A stretch of DNA of 54,323 nucleotides, the filler included, from Catajapyx aquilonaris (taxonomy: Eukaryota), in NCBI GenBank assembly GCA_000934665.2. It is 2 parts of 2 records of this genome, joined end to end, with 100 filler letters (N's around TTAATTAATTAA, not from the genome) between each part and the next. Parts side by side here need not be neighbours in the genome. Positions count along the whole stretch, not along the records: positions 1 to 27,070 come from JYFJ02005113.1; positions 27,171 to 54,323 come from JYFJ02005114.1. One strand, given 5' to 3'. This document shows positions 21,201-31,842 of the stretch, piece after piece. How positions within the stretch are numbered: position 1 is the first letter of the stretch; every line of letters starts with the position of its first letter. The notes under the pieces are model-generated. The model saw only the letters and a list, made by a program, of their open reading frames with translations, did no database searches and was not told the DNA's origin. The position numbers were made by a program, and so were the translations under genes.

Positions 21201-24200
21201 CACTCAACTGCAGAGTGATTTATCCCTTGGAAGGACACCAAAATACGTATATTCCTGTAGTGTTTTCCTCCCTCCAGCAGTCTATGGGCTGGTATGAAAT
21301 CATTTCTAAAATTTCTCTACGTCTGGACCTTACCTGACTCCTGCCTAATTATATTGACTACTTATGCATTTTTTTTAAATCAGTAGGGCAGGGGGAAATG
21401 TGAGAAATCTTCACAGTGAAAATGGAAAGGATTTGAAATTGAAGAATAAATAACTATTAAAATTTAGAAGCTGATATCTAATCACTCTATAACCCTGAAG
21501 AGATGTCGAGAAACCTGCTTGTATTCTGGTGCTTAAGTACATATAACCTTGAAGAACTAGGTTGGAATGCATTAAACAACTAACTGTACAGGTTGGGTGA
21601 AAGGAATGACCCAAAGAGGCCTTGAGATTTGAAGGGGGAGAAAGTGGTGGCAGAGAAACAGGTGCAGAGAGCAAGAAGGTTACACGTTTAGTCTGGTTCA
21701 GCAGCCTTAGCAAAAATATGTGTCCTATTCAGATGCGTGAGGATTCACCACTCTACGATCCCTGCCTATTAGAAGATCTCCCTATGAGAGATGGGCTTCC
21801 CAAGACCATCTCAGGACTGAAATTACGACCTCTTCGACCATCTGATTACGACAGGGGTATGGTTTGATTTGCCTTTCCTGACAGTCAGTGACATACACTA
21901 CATACAAAATTCCATTGTGCTGCAGGGTTTCTTGAGCTGCTGTCCGAACTCACTGAGGTTGGGAGAGTGACTCGTGAGCAGTTCAATGGTAAGTGCAAGC
22001 ATCTTTTAATTTGTGTTAAAGACATCCCAATGTGTAATAAGTGATACTTTTAAATCTTTGCAGAGCGACTGAGGTCCATGAGGACCAACCCTCGAACCCA
22101 CTATGTGACAGTCATTGAGGACCTTGACTCAGGAAAACTGGCTGGATCAATCACGTTGGTAGTGGAACAGAAATTCATCCATCAATGTGCACTGGTACTA
22201 GTAGCTTCTTTACTTATCAAGTAATCAAGGGTGGGTTGTGTGATTAATGATAAGTCCAGAACAAGCAATGAATCCTATGGGAATAACATGGATGATGATC
22301 TTATTATGGATTTACCATCAATCAAATAAAAGCAGTCTAATATGGCACACTGCTGATTGTGGGGATGAGTACTCTGGATAAGCAGGTCAGGGGTTGAGCT
22401 TTGGATTAGTTGGATCCCTATATGAAGGTGATTAAACAAAGAGGGAAGTGTAGGACCAGGATTGGTTCGTTAAGAGATTCGCCTGGCTCATTCCCATTAG
22501 CTGATGCATGCCGAAATCCATATCATTCAAATAGCCAGCTAGCCACAGTTGCATTTGCTCCTTTGCACTCAAATGAACAGGATGACAGAAGCATAGAAAT
22601 GGTTTAAACCCGCCTGTTTGGAGACATTCAAGGGGAACATTTGTGGACTCATGATATGCAGGGTCATTTTTAGTTTTTGCCAATATCACCTGAAGTAGTT
22701 ATTTTTGTACGGCCTTTTGTGCCCTGATCCAGGTGCCCAATTATTCCCAGGTGGTCGAATATACTCGTAGCAGTTACTATGTAATAGGGCACCAGGATCG
22801 GAGCGCAACAGGCTGCACAAAAATAACAGCTTCTAGCAAAATTTCCTATAACTAATGTGACTCACATGATTACTTGGCACAACCTGCATATAACTTTTGA
22901 CAGATTGTCATATGTGGAATGTGAATCAGATAAGAGCCTTGAGAATTTGTTGGTTCTCCTTAAGATATGCACCAAGGAGGAGAGAGCTCTTATGAACATG
23001 AGAAAAGTACAATAATTTGTTACAAAATTTCTGTATGTGATGCTATTTAGAGGGTCAGTTGCATATTACATATATGGTATTCATAACTTCAGGTAGTTTG
23101 TCAATATATAGTGTGAATTGCAGAGCATATGTTTATAAAGGTGGGGTTTACCATCAGATGTGCACAGTGGTGGAAATTAATGGAGAAGGACACGTATTGC
23201 CTCCTGGCGGAGTTTTTCCTTTACATAAAGCTGATTCATTTAAAGTTTCTATATCTATTTCACCTAGGCCAGTGCAGTTCTTCTGCAAGAGTACCTTCTC
23301 TTTTCTGGAACTTCTTACACCACTCGAAGGTGCATAACCGAGATACATGATATGTCCGTATTGCACCCCTGCATTCTCCTATAATTTTCAAAGGGTTTTG
23401 TCCTTTTCATGCAGAAAGTCAAATAATATCTCTATGCTCTTCTGTAGTACCTGTCTGATGGGGCACCACCATCTTTAAACAGATGCTATACAACTCTCTC
23501 TCCACCTATTGAGAAACTGTCGGAGGATATGAATCCACAACTGTCTCTTTCACACATCATGCCAAATGGCTGGTTAAAAATTTTTTCTGCACTATTAACC
23601 TTTTCAGTTGATCAAGGGATCATGGGGTGTCTCATTCCATCAGACTCACTCCCCTGAGGTCATGCTATAACTGGTCATGGACCTCAACCTCCATCAGGGG
23701 CTCCAATGTTATTATGAATGAAGAGTAATGTGAATTTATTGGGATATTCGAAGTGTTAATCAGCCACACATGTAGGTCTCAGGGATCCACAATATACTGT
23801 GACAGATTGAGAAAAAGACATCCATGTAAGTATTACCACTGCCTGGTGTTACCCAACACGTCTATTTTTTTGGTATCTGGGAAAATCATATAGGTCATCA
23901 GATAACATTGTGATGGATTTTACACGTAATAGTTGAAAATTCATGATACCCTTATTAAATTCCATAATCTACCTTCATTGGCATAAAAATATGATAATAT
24001 GAGAGGATTGCATATCATGTGATGATAACTTCAGTATTGCATGTGGCAATTAGAAAGTTTTTCACGTAACCCTTGAATCATTTATAGATTTAAACCGCGA
24101 GTAATTGAGAGGAAAAGGCATGTGGCAGCAATCAACTTGGTGTCACACACAATGTCCTTTATGATTTATTTATTTTTTAATTTTTTAAATACCCCGTGAT

Positions 24201-25455
24201 AGGGCCCGAGGTCCACTTCGGGGGGAAGAGGAGGTTCCCAAGGGAGGGCACTGTGCAGTAGTCATTTCTGACATTCTTTAAACACCAGGCCTTTTCTCCT
24301 GGCCCTGGACAGAGTAGGGAGTGCAATTCTGTCCCGGCATGCGGTGACGGGATTTGAACCCCGGCCTCCCGCTTGGCTGGCCAGTGGCGTAACAACCAGA
24401 CCACCATGCCTCCCTGTCCTTTATGATTTTGTCCAGTTTAAGGAAAAGTCCTGGCTAGCATGGGGTGGAATGGTCAGCCCTCGACAAACCCTCGAACTTT
24501 TTTGACTGTAGCCCACATGCATATTGTCAATCGCCAATGAAACTTCAATAAGAAAGTGAATTTTTGATCAGTTTGCAGCCCACGAGTGGGTAACACGCTG
24601 AACTTGGACAACTACTTCACAACATAACTGCAAGCTGGTGATGCAGCTGGAAGGCTGAATCAAGTGTTATCAACCAGCTGAATTCTTCAGTATCAGTGTA
24701 TGCGGTCAATGTGTAATTAATTTTGAGTTTTGTGGCCAACACATTTATTATGCTACACAATATTTAACAAATTTATAACTTCATTACTGCCGTATTGAAT
24801 ATTAATCATGATGGCAAGGAGACCATCACTTGGTGACCATTCAGACAAGCTTATCAGCATCAAAACAATTCCATGGCTACTGATGGAAAATCTAATAGGC
24901 TTGTTGAAGAAATTAACAAAACTACTTTAAAATGTGATCATTTAATGACACTAGCTGGTCATTTAGAGATAGGAATAACAATGAGCATGACATGGACAGA
25001 AGTGTAATGTTCATAGCCTGCTGGAAAAGTCAACCTGTACATCATTAAGTTTATATGATGGCAGTAATAAATAAATGACAATTCAATGACAGCATACATG
25101 ATTTTAATGAGAACTTAAGTTGAAACATATTGGCAAGTTGGGAAATATTTTCACTTTGCATATTACATTATTGGCATGTTAATGAGTGAGGTATCTTAAT
25201 AATAAGAGAAACCAATTTTGTCTTCCACAGAAAGGTCACATTGAAGATGTGGTAATTGGGGAGCAATGGCGAAATCGACGATTGGGCAAGTTCCTAGTGA
25301 CAAGCATCATCGCCTTGGGTCGCAGACTAGGCTGCTATAAACTTTGTCTCGACTGCAAGGACTCTCTGGTTCCTTTCTATTCCTCTGTTGGAATAGTTGC
25401 AGAGGCTAAAAATGCCAATGCACTTATGCTCCGTTACCCTCCACAAAAACTGTAA
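18263..25455 (+). CDS. GNPNAT1: Glucosamine-6-phosphate N-acetyltransferase (GNAT family), ~187 aa
   Basis: Exons [18263-18283, MGSADDE, less certain], 21733-21856, 21926-21988, 22064-22194, 25231-25455. Motifs LRPLRPSDYDRGFLELLSELT, YVTVIED, TLVVEQKFIHQCA, GHIEDVV, LGCYKLCLDCKDSLVPFY. An alternative start exists at ATG 21733. Confidence 0.9.
18953..19226 (-). mobile_element. tRNA-derived SINE in GNPNAT1 intron 1
   Basis: Minus strand: A box TGGTCTGGTGG, B box GGTTCGAACCC, ~200-nt body, A-rich tail; imperfect flanking repeat cgtggact/cgtgaact. Confidence 0.7.
19667..20229. mobile_element. Non-autonomous TIR element (Sola-like termini)
   Basis: TIRs gcggggctgagaatcaaaaacc / gggttttgatcctcagtccctc; ~5 internal copies of gttggcgggttttgat; flanks atgt/attt. 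Confidence 0.55.
21102..21229. mobile_element. 128-bp MITE with 8-bp TSD (P- or hAT-type)
   Basis: TIRs caaggggtaaatcactct / agagtgatttatcccttg; flanks gaatgaca (21094-21101) and gaaggaca (21230-21237). Confidence 0.65.
22692..22833. mobile_element. Decayed palindromic MITE
   Basis: gaagtagttatttttgtacggcc...ggtgccc mirrors gggcacc...ggctgcacaaaaataacagcttc. Confidence 0.5.
24168..24414 (-). mobile_element. tRNA-derived SINE with perfect 15-bp TSD
   Basis: TSD tgtcctttatgattt at 24153-24167 and 24415-24429; minus strand A box TGGTCTGGTTG, B box GGTTCAAATCCC, A-rich tail. Confidence 0.85.
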
Positions 25456-25505
25456 AGTTGCTTCTGCCACCCCCAATCCAAAATATACATGTGATGTGGC
25501 CATTA

Positions 25506-26577
25506 TTAAGAAAGTATTCTTTTGGCTCCCAGTTTCATTGGGCCTTTTTTAGGTTTGGAATTATTTTCCTTGGAAGATGACTGGGTCGATGACAATACTG
25601 CAAATGGGTTTTCATTGCCTCGATCATCACCCCAGTTGTAAGTACTGGTTGGGTTTTCTTGTCGAGTGGACTGAGATGCTACTGGGTCATCTTCCAGGGG
25701 AGCCCATTCATCATCTTCGACATCCCAGCCAGTGCTCGATTCTTCTACAGATGTATTAATAATTTGGGGTTCTTCCACCTGGAAATAAAAGTTGTAAATG
25801 GTCCTTTTCACAAGGAACAGTACAAAACTCAATTGCTATACATAAGTGTAAACTTTTTGGAGGCAGAAAATCTGATTTTTTGGTTTCCATCTCAGGAACC
25901 CCTTAGCACACTACTGGTAAAAATACCCTTGTACCCCAGCAAGCAGTGCCAAGTAGCCAGGCAAGCAGGTACAGGAAGGAGAATTCCAGCTTGCCTGACC
26001 ACTTGGTGCTGCTGTTTTTTCTAGTAGTGTACCAAGTCAATTTACATTCACTTCCCATCCTTATCACTGCCAAAAATACTGTACAAAGGATCATTTTCAG
26101 AATAAATTTTGCAGTGCCTCATTGCCTGTGTACATTGTAACTTCTTTTGTCCCAGTGAACTTCAGAAGCTAGTTTTTATGCATAAAGCAGAGCTTCTAAT
26201 AGTTAGTTCATTTGGGCAAAAGAGTGCACACATACCATTATATCAGGGATTGGTTTCAGAAAGCAATCATCTTACCTCCAGAGATCCCCAATCCTCATTA
26301 TCCCAGCCACCTTTATCCTTATATTCATAAGACTGTAGGTGTTCTTGGTCCACCTTCAATGGTGCAGAGGTAGATACATCTTCTACAGTAGATGGAAGAG
26401 AGCTTCTTCTTGTTTCTGTGCTTGGTTGAGGCGTAGTGGGAGATGTGACTGCAGATGGTGCATTAGATGATGATCCTTTTGGTCGGTAGAGCTTCGAGGT
26501 CACTGCGCTGACAGCCCATCCAGCCCAGGATGATGCAGACTCAACCACATTGCCAGTCTCAGCTTTGGCTTCAGCAT
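25506..26577 (-). CDS. SCYL1: Last two coding exons of N-terminal kinase-like protein SCYL1/yata (5' exons not seen)
   Basis: Exons 26577-26276 and 25778-25506, phase-consistent; SSWAGWAVSAVTSKLYR, acidic GWD..DWGSLE repeats, C-terminus KGPMKLGAKRILS. Confidence 0.85.
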
Positions 26578-27070
26578 CTGCATAAATCACATTGTATGAT
26601 TGTGATGTTTCTCTCTCTCTCTCTCTCTGGGGTTTGTTAGAAAATGGAACCTTTACTTCTACATGCCATTCAGACTACCAACAATGCATAATACTCAATA
26701 GAATTTCTACCCTTGCATTTCCAAAAGTCGCATAGAATTATGATATTGGCAGCTCACAACATAGAACCATTGGGAATAAATTATTTAACCCTTTGAGGCC
26801 TATGGACATCATATGATTGCATCCTGGTTTTTCAACTGGGTGCGCTCGAGTTTAGACAGAAATGGTGCAGTCGGATGGTTTGGCAATAACTGAACTCAAT
26901 GAAGGCATACACTTGGTCCCAACGTATGACAAATACCTGTTATCATAGGGATTGTGTGAAGTAGTAGCTAAAGGTATGTACTATCAGGGTCAAAAAGATT
27001 GTCGGACTGTTATGGAATCGTCCGCGACTTTTTCTCCCGCCAATCAGTGTGCCAGGTGCAGGTGATTTGG

Positions 27071-27170
27071 NNNNNNNNNNNNNNNNNNNNNNNNNNNNNN
27101 NNNNNNNNNNNNNNTTAATTAATTAANNNNNNNNNNNNNNNNNNNNNNNNNNNNNNNNNNNNNNNNNNNN
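27071..27170. other. Artificial scaffold/concatenation spacer
   Basis: 44 N + TTAATTAATTAA (27115-27126, stops in all six frames) + 44 N, exactly 100 nt. Confidence 0.95.
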
Positions 27171-29405
27171 AGCCGTTTCAGCATTTGTCTCTAGATGCCC
27201 AAGGCCCGTTTCCCCGAAGTGGGGGGAAAAGATATATATTGGTGGTCTGTTGTAAACTCAGTAAGTGTGTGGAAGCCTACCCTCTAAGCACCATCAATGG
27301 CAAAAAGGTTGCCGATTGCCTGTTGGACTTTTGTAACCGCCACGGTTACCCTCAGCGCATCACAATTGATGGGGCAAAGTATTTTAGTGGCCGAATATTT
27401 TCCGCCACATGTAAGGCACTAGACATCAAAGTGACGGTGACTAATCCTTACGCCCCATGGCAGAACTTGACGGAATCCGTCAATGCCCAGATCAAAAGGC
27501 TGTTGATCGCCTATACAAATGAGCACCGAGATTGGTATAAAACTATACCATCGCTGCTCTTTGCATGGCGAAATTCGCCATCTGAAATTAGCGGATTCTC
27601 GCCAGCACAGCTCGCAACGGGTAGAGTCTTTCATCTCCCGTTTGAGAATCAGTATTTGTCGACGGCAAAGACTGTCTCAATGGAAGATGTCCATGAATAT
27701 GGAGAGAAGTTGAAGCTTCGTTTAGCGAAGTCCATTGCTTATGCAAGGAGCCGGATAACGGCGGCCCGAAAAAAGCAAAAGAAGTATTACGACAGGCGTC
27801 GTAGATTCGGTCATTTTAATGAGGGTGATTTGGTGCTTAGGAAAGCACATGTGCTCTCGGATGCTGCTCGTGGAATTAGTCAGGCTTTGGCTAAGAAGTA
27901 CACCGGACCTTATAAGGTCTCCAAAATTGTCAGTGACGTGTCGTACTTGTTGTTGAACATGACCACGCATAAGACAATCGGTCCCATTCATATTTCTGAG
28001 CTCAAGAAATATGTCGCACCACGCCACAGTGGTCATTAATATGGGGGTCCATTTACACGACAGCAAATGGAGTCATTTATGGCTTACATTCAGCCCGGTA
28101 TGTTTTGCACCGGGGGACTTTTTCTTTTCAGAGCAGGACCCACTTCTGGACAACAGAAGTGAGGGGGCCGATCCTAGCACTGCACTTTATTTTACAACCC
28201 GTACATACCGGTTGAGTGAGTGCTGCTCTTTCCTTAGGGGGGCCAGTCGGTTCTCTTTGGGAGGAGTCCTCCCCCTTATTTCCGACCCACCTTTTCCTTC
28301 CACCCATCCATCCATCCCTTTTCATACCCGGAGTGGAGGGTGGGCATGACCCTCTTTTTTTCTTTTTTTTGGGAAGTTTGCTGTTTGGCGCTTTTATTTC
28401 ATTGCTTTAATGGGGGCACTCCTATTACTTGAATAGGAGTGGATGCTGGTGCAGTTGCTGCGTATGTACTGGTCATGTGGTGCATACGTAGCAGCTCCGA
28501 AGTATTTGTTTTGGTTTTTTTTTCTTTTCCCCCCTTTTTTTATGTCCGCTGCTAAATGATTGCTTTTGTAAAGTACGATTTTGGTGTTATTTTCGTATGC
28601 GACTGGCATTGCGAGTTTTCTGTGTGTGTATCCAGACATTTTTTTAAACTTCTTTCAATTACGTAGTGTGCGTTGTGGTGTTTATGCTGGGTATCCTTTT
28701 CCTTCCTACTCTTTTCCCTTCGTTGTGCCGCAGTTCACAGGCAGTTATGGGTGGGTGAACTGCGCGTGAGTGTCATACAGTGATTTGAAGTGACTAGGTG
28801 ATGTGGCTTGTTGGCGCACTATGTGTGCTGCCGTGCTGTCCGGACGCTGCGCTTGTGCAGGAGGTCTTCGTACGGTCCTGAAGAGGTGGATGCGTGACAT
28901 CTGCTGCCAGCTGACCATGGGTCCTTTAAGAGGACCAGCGATTATTGGAGGAAGATGAATCTTGGCGGGACGATGTATCGGCAAGACTTGGGCTCTGTCC
29001 GGAGGTCATCGAGCTGCTGGAGTGGACTGGACAACAAAAGATTCGAAGCTGTTATCGGCCGTGGACACCGTTTTTTGTTGCTGTGTTGGACACTGATTTT
29101 ATGAAATATTATGTTTCCCATTTTAAACCCCTACCTGCCCTCATATATACCAGTATGTCACTTGTTTTTTAAAAGGGGGGGATGTGTGACGTCCCACTCA
29201 CCAGGGGGCTGGGCTGACCCAGTTATTTCCCCCCTGGTGGGTGGGGCCACCAGAAGGAGCCCTCAGCTCCTGCACTATGGTACCCCTCCTGAGACTTGTA
29301 CTCCAGCCCCTTTTGGGGACAGTTCAGAATAAAACACCTGTGTGAACCGAACCCACTGTGTATCATTTGAGTAGCCTGGGCGACGACGGTGCCTTAACCG
29401 TTACA
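27171..29405 (+). mobile_element. 3' part of a Ty3/Gypsy LTR retrotransposon (integrase, long 3' UTR, PPT, 3' LTR)
   Basis: Integrase ORF to 28039; polypurine tract aaaaggggggga at 29171-29182; LTR TGTGACG...CGTTACA at 29185-29405 with AATAAA at 29328-29333. Confidence 0.85.
27185..28039 (+). CDS. Gypsy integrase (rve DDE core + GPY/F domain), 5'-truncated by the gap
   Basis: SLDAQGPFP..YILVV, ITIDGAKYF, YAPWQNLTESVN, GFSPAQL, KYTGPYKV..IHISELKKY. Confidence 0.9.
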   Translation: MSLDAQGPFPRSGGKRYILVVCCKLSKCVEAYPLSTINGKKVADCLLDFCNRHGYPQRITIDGAKYFSGRIFSATCKALDIKVTVTNPYAPWQNLTESVNAQIKRLLIAYTNEHRDWYKTIPSLLFAWRNSPSEISGFSPAQLATGRVFHLPFENQYLSTAKTVSMEDVHEYGEKLKLRLAKSIAYARSRITAARKKQKKYYDRRRRFGHFNEGDLVLRKAHVLSDAARGISQALAKKYTGPYKVSKIVSDVSYLLLNMTTHKTIGPIHISELKKYVAPRHSGH

Positions 29406-29793
29406 AACTCCAGGGGGAAATAAGCAGATCGGTCTCATTAGTGGAGTTTATTACCTGCAGAATTTATTGCCATAAATAATTGAATTCCATTACTTTTAAC
29501 AGAGCATTAGAATTCAGCATAATTGATGACATGAGTGTGCACATGCGATTCATTGCAAATAGATCGCTCAGAGAGATTATAATTTTCGAATTGGGAAAGA
29601 AGGCTAGTCAAATAGGCAAGCCACCACGGAGCAATGGCTTAGTACTGCCCATTCAGCAGCCTTGACCTTTCTGATTGATTGCAATGAAGGGATGGGATGT
29701 TGGTAGGAATCAACTCATCCAAGGCAAGCAATAAGGACCCTATGGCAAACTGGGCCCAAAAGGACGTTCCTGTACTAAAAAGGCTAATCCGCC

Positions 29794-30619
29794 CAGGGGC
29801 GTGTATACAGGGGGCGGGTTTTGGGGGTTCAACCCCCCCCCCCCCCCCGAAATCCTAGAAAGTGTTGCCAGGCCCAAGCAAATTTCCCTAGATTTAGAGA
29901 AAAAGAGGGAAGACTATGCAAAAGTGGTCGAAATCCAGGGAAAATTGAACACGGCGTAGAATAATATATGATATTGTACAGTGCTGGACATAATAGCCGT
30001 CGCTGAATGTTTTTTTCCGGCGGAGGCGGCGGCGGCGTTACCTGGCAACCCTGTCCGGCGGGCCAATTCAAACATCAGCCCATGGAGACTGCTTCCATTG
30101 TTGCCACTGTTTACAAATCGAGTGAGTGAGTGCGCAGGCGGAAGAGACCCGTCGCTGGGTCGTCCGCGTCACTCGTTCGATATGCAAACAGTGGCAACAA
30201 TGGAAGCGATCTCCATGGGCTGATGTTTGAATTGGCCCGCCAGACAGGGTTGCCAGGTAACGCCGCCGCCGCCGCTGCCGGAAAAAGAACATTCAGCGAC
30301 GGCTATTATGTCCAGCACTGTATTATGGAAAAAATGTACAAAATTTACACGACAACGAAAATTCGCGCGCTGACGCGCGTGTGAGTGACTTATTATATGC
30401 AGGGCTTACTGTAGAGCTTGCTTACAGCCGATGTGCTTTAAGAAGAATCCACTGTACTTTGTCAGTTACATTCACCTAAGTTTGTGTGACCTTGAACACA
30501 AATTTCTCCCGCGGAGGGTATTATTTATTTATACCGTGATCGAGCTCCGGGGGGGAGGGGGGGGGGAAAGGTGTAAGGTAGCAAACCCCCTCCGAACAAA
30601 AATCCTGCATACGGCCCTG
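29794..30619. mobile_element. hAT-type MITE with 8-bp TSD
   Basis: TSD aatccgcc at 29786-29793 and 30620-30627; TIRs caggggcgtgtatacagg / cctgcatacggccctg; absent from the paralogous site at ~37994-38001. Confidence 0.85.
29979..30320. mobile_element. Palindromic Tc1/mariner-type MITE nested in the hAT MITE
   Basis: TA flanks (29977-29978, 30321-30322); CAGTGCTGGACATAATAGCCGTCGCTGAATG termini; ~145-bp near-perfect inverted arms. Confidence 0.9.
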
Positions 30620-30633
30620 AATCCGCCTCCAAT

Positions 30634-31307
30634 GGGGAAGTAGCCTTCATTTTGGAAACTACATAATAAATTCGCCCATAATTTTTGAATTTTTTTGGCG
30701 TATTCCGTCTTAAGATATCAGTTTCAGTTCCGGAGATATTGACGTTTTTACGTAGGCAAATGGTGACGTCACTGTTTGCCTGGAAAATGTTGTCGTCACG
30801 CGAAGTGAAATGAACGCAAGAATGGTGTTATAGAACGCGCCCCGTCATTGTTGTAAAATGCTTCGCTGTTGTTAGCAACCGTCCCATTCCGTGAGCAAGA
30901 TAGCGGCCGGGGCGCGTATTTATTCCAGGCCGCTCAAGTAGCTTCTGGGCTGACAGTGGTGCCAACTGGTAGGAATTATCTGTCACCCGAATTCGGCACA
31001 TGAAGGCCCCTTTTCTCCACCTCGATGGCCTACAGCTTCCTTGCGAATGCTTACCGTCGTGTCGGCGGTTAATTGAACGTCAAATTCCTCATATCTCGCA
31101 GTCAACCAGGCATTTCAGAGTACCCTTTTGATTGGCACCACTCTGTTGCTCCGTTTTTCCCGCCAATTTTGAAGGCACTTTTAAATGTGCCGTAATTTAT
31201 CCAGTAATGTCATTTTGATGCAACAGAGTGATGGAATGTATGTTTACAGGCATGGGCTAGCTAGTTATGAACGAAAATCCCAAATCCCAGACCAAGGCTA
31301 CTTCCCC
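30634..31307. mobile_element. 674-bp non-autonomous TIR element (PHIS group: ISL2EU/Spy-like)
   Basis: Perfect 14-bp TIR GGGGAAGTAGCCTT / AAGGCTACTTCCCC; flanks aat|att; absent from the paralog at 38004-38010. Confidence 0.75.
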
Positions 31308-31423
31308 ATTATGCCTCCAGAGCCCATCCTAAAAAACTGTCAGTAGCTAGCATACTTGACTAAGGCATTGTCGTGCGAACAGAATCTTGAACAACTCAAT
31401 CACACTTCTCGTCCTTTGTGCGT

Positions 31424-31842
31424 TCAAGCATGCCTTTTCAAACCTTCTGCCCTACTGTACCTTTTCCTGCATATCTGGCAACCATATGGCTTCTCGCCTG
31501 CGTGAGTCCTCATGTGAGTTCGTAACTGTCCCAAATGAACAAACCTCTTGTTACAAACCTGACATATGAAAGGTCTCCCACCTGTGTGAGTCCTCCTGTG
31601 CATGGACAGAGAAGTTGTGTGATTAAAACCACTTCTTGCAAATAAAGGCCCATTCACACAGGCCGTCGACGGTTTTGGTTTTGGTTTTGGACCAATCAGA
31701 GTGGGCCCTCACGGTAACCATGACGCGTTGTTTACGTGAGGGCCCGTTCTGATTGGTCCGCGGCGTCGACGAGACCAAAAACCAAAACCGTCGACGTCCT
31801 GTGTGAATGGGCCTTTATGCAACTGAATGGCTGTGTGGGTTC
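31424..31842 (-). pseudogene. Out-of-frame terminal C2H2 fingers of zinc-finger copy A
   Basis: [53 protein letters not shown] lies beyond the frameshifts at ~31912 and ~31831 and is interrupted by a MITE. Confidence 0.75.
31646..31814. mobile_element. Palindromic PIF/Harbinger-like MITE inserted in a zinc-finger repeat
   Basis: TIRs AGGCCCATTCACACAGG / CCTGTGTGAATGGGCCT; TAA/TTA flanks; absent from the paralog at ~38320. Confidence 0.85.

Noticed and set aside
19150..24414. tRNA genes suggested by A/B boxes at ~19165-19226 and ~24350-24414
   Set aside because: No clean cloverleaf; each continues into a body and an A-rich tail with flanking direct repeats, i.e. SINE heads.
27115..27126. TTAATTAATTAA palindrome
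   Set aside because: Synthetic spacer centred in Ns, not biological.
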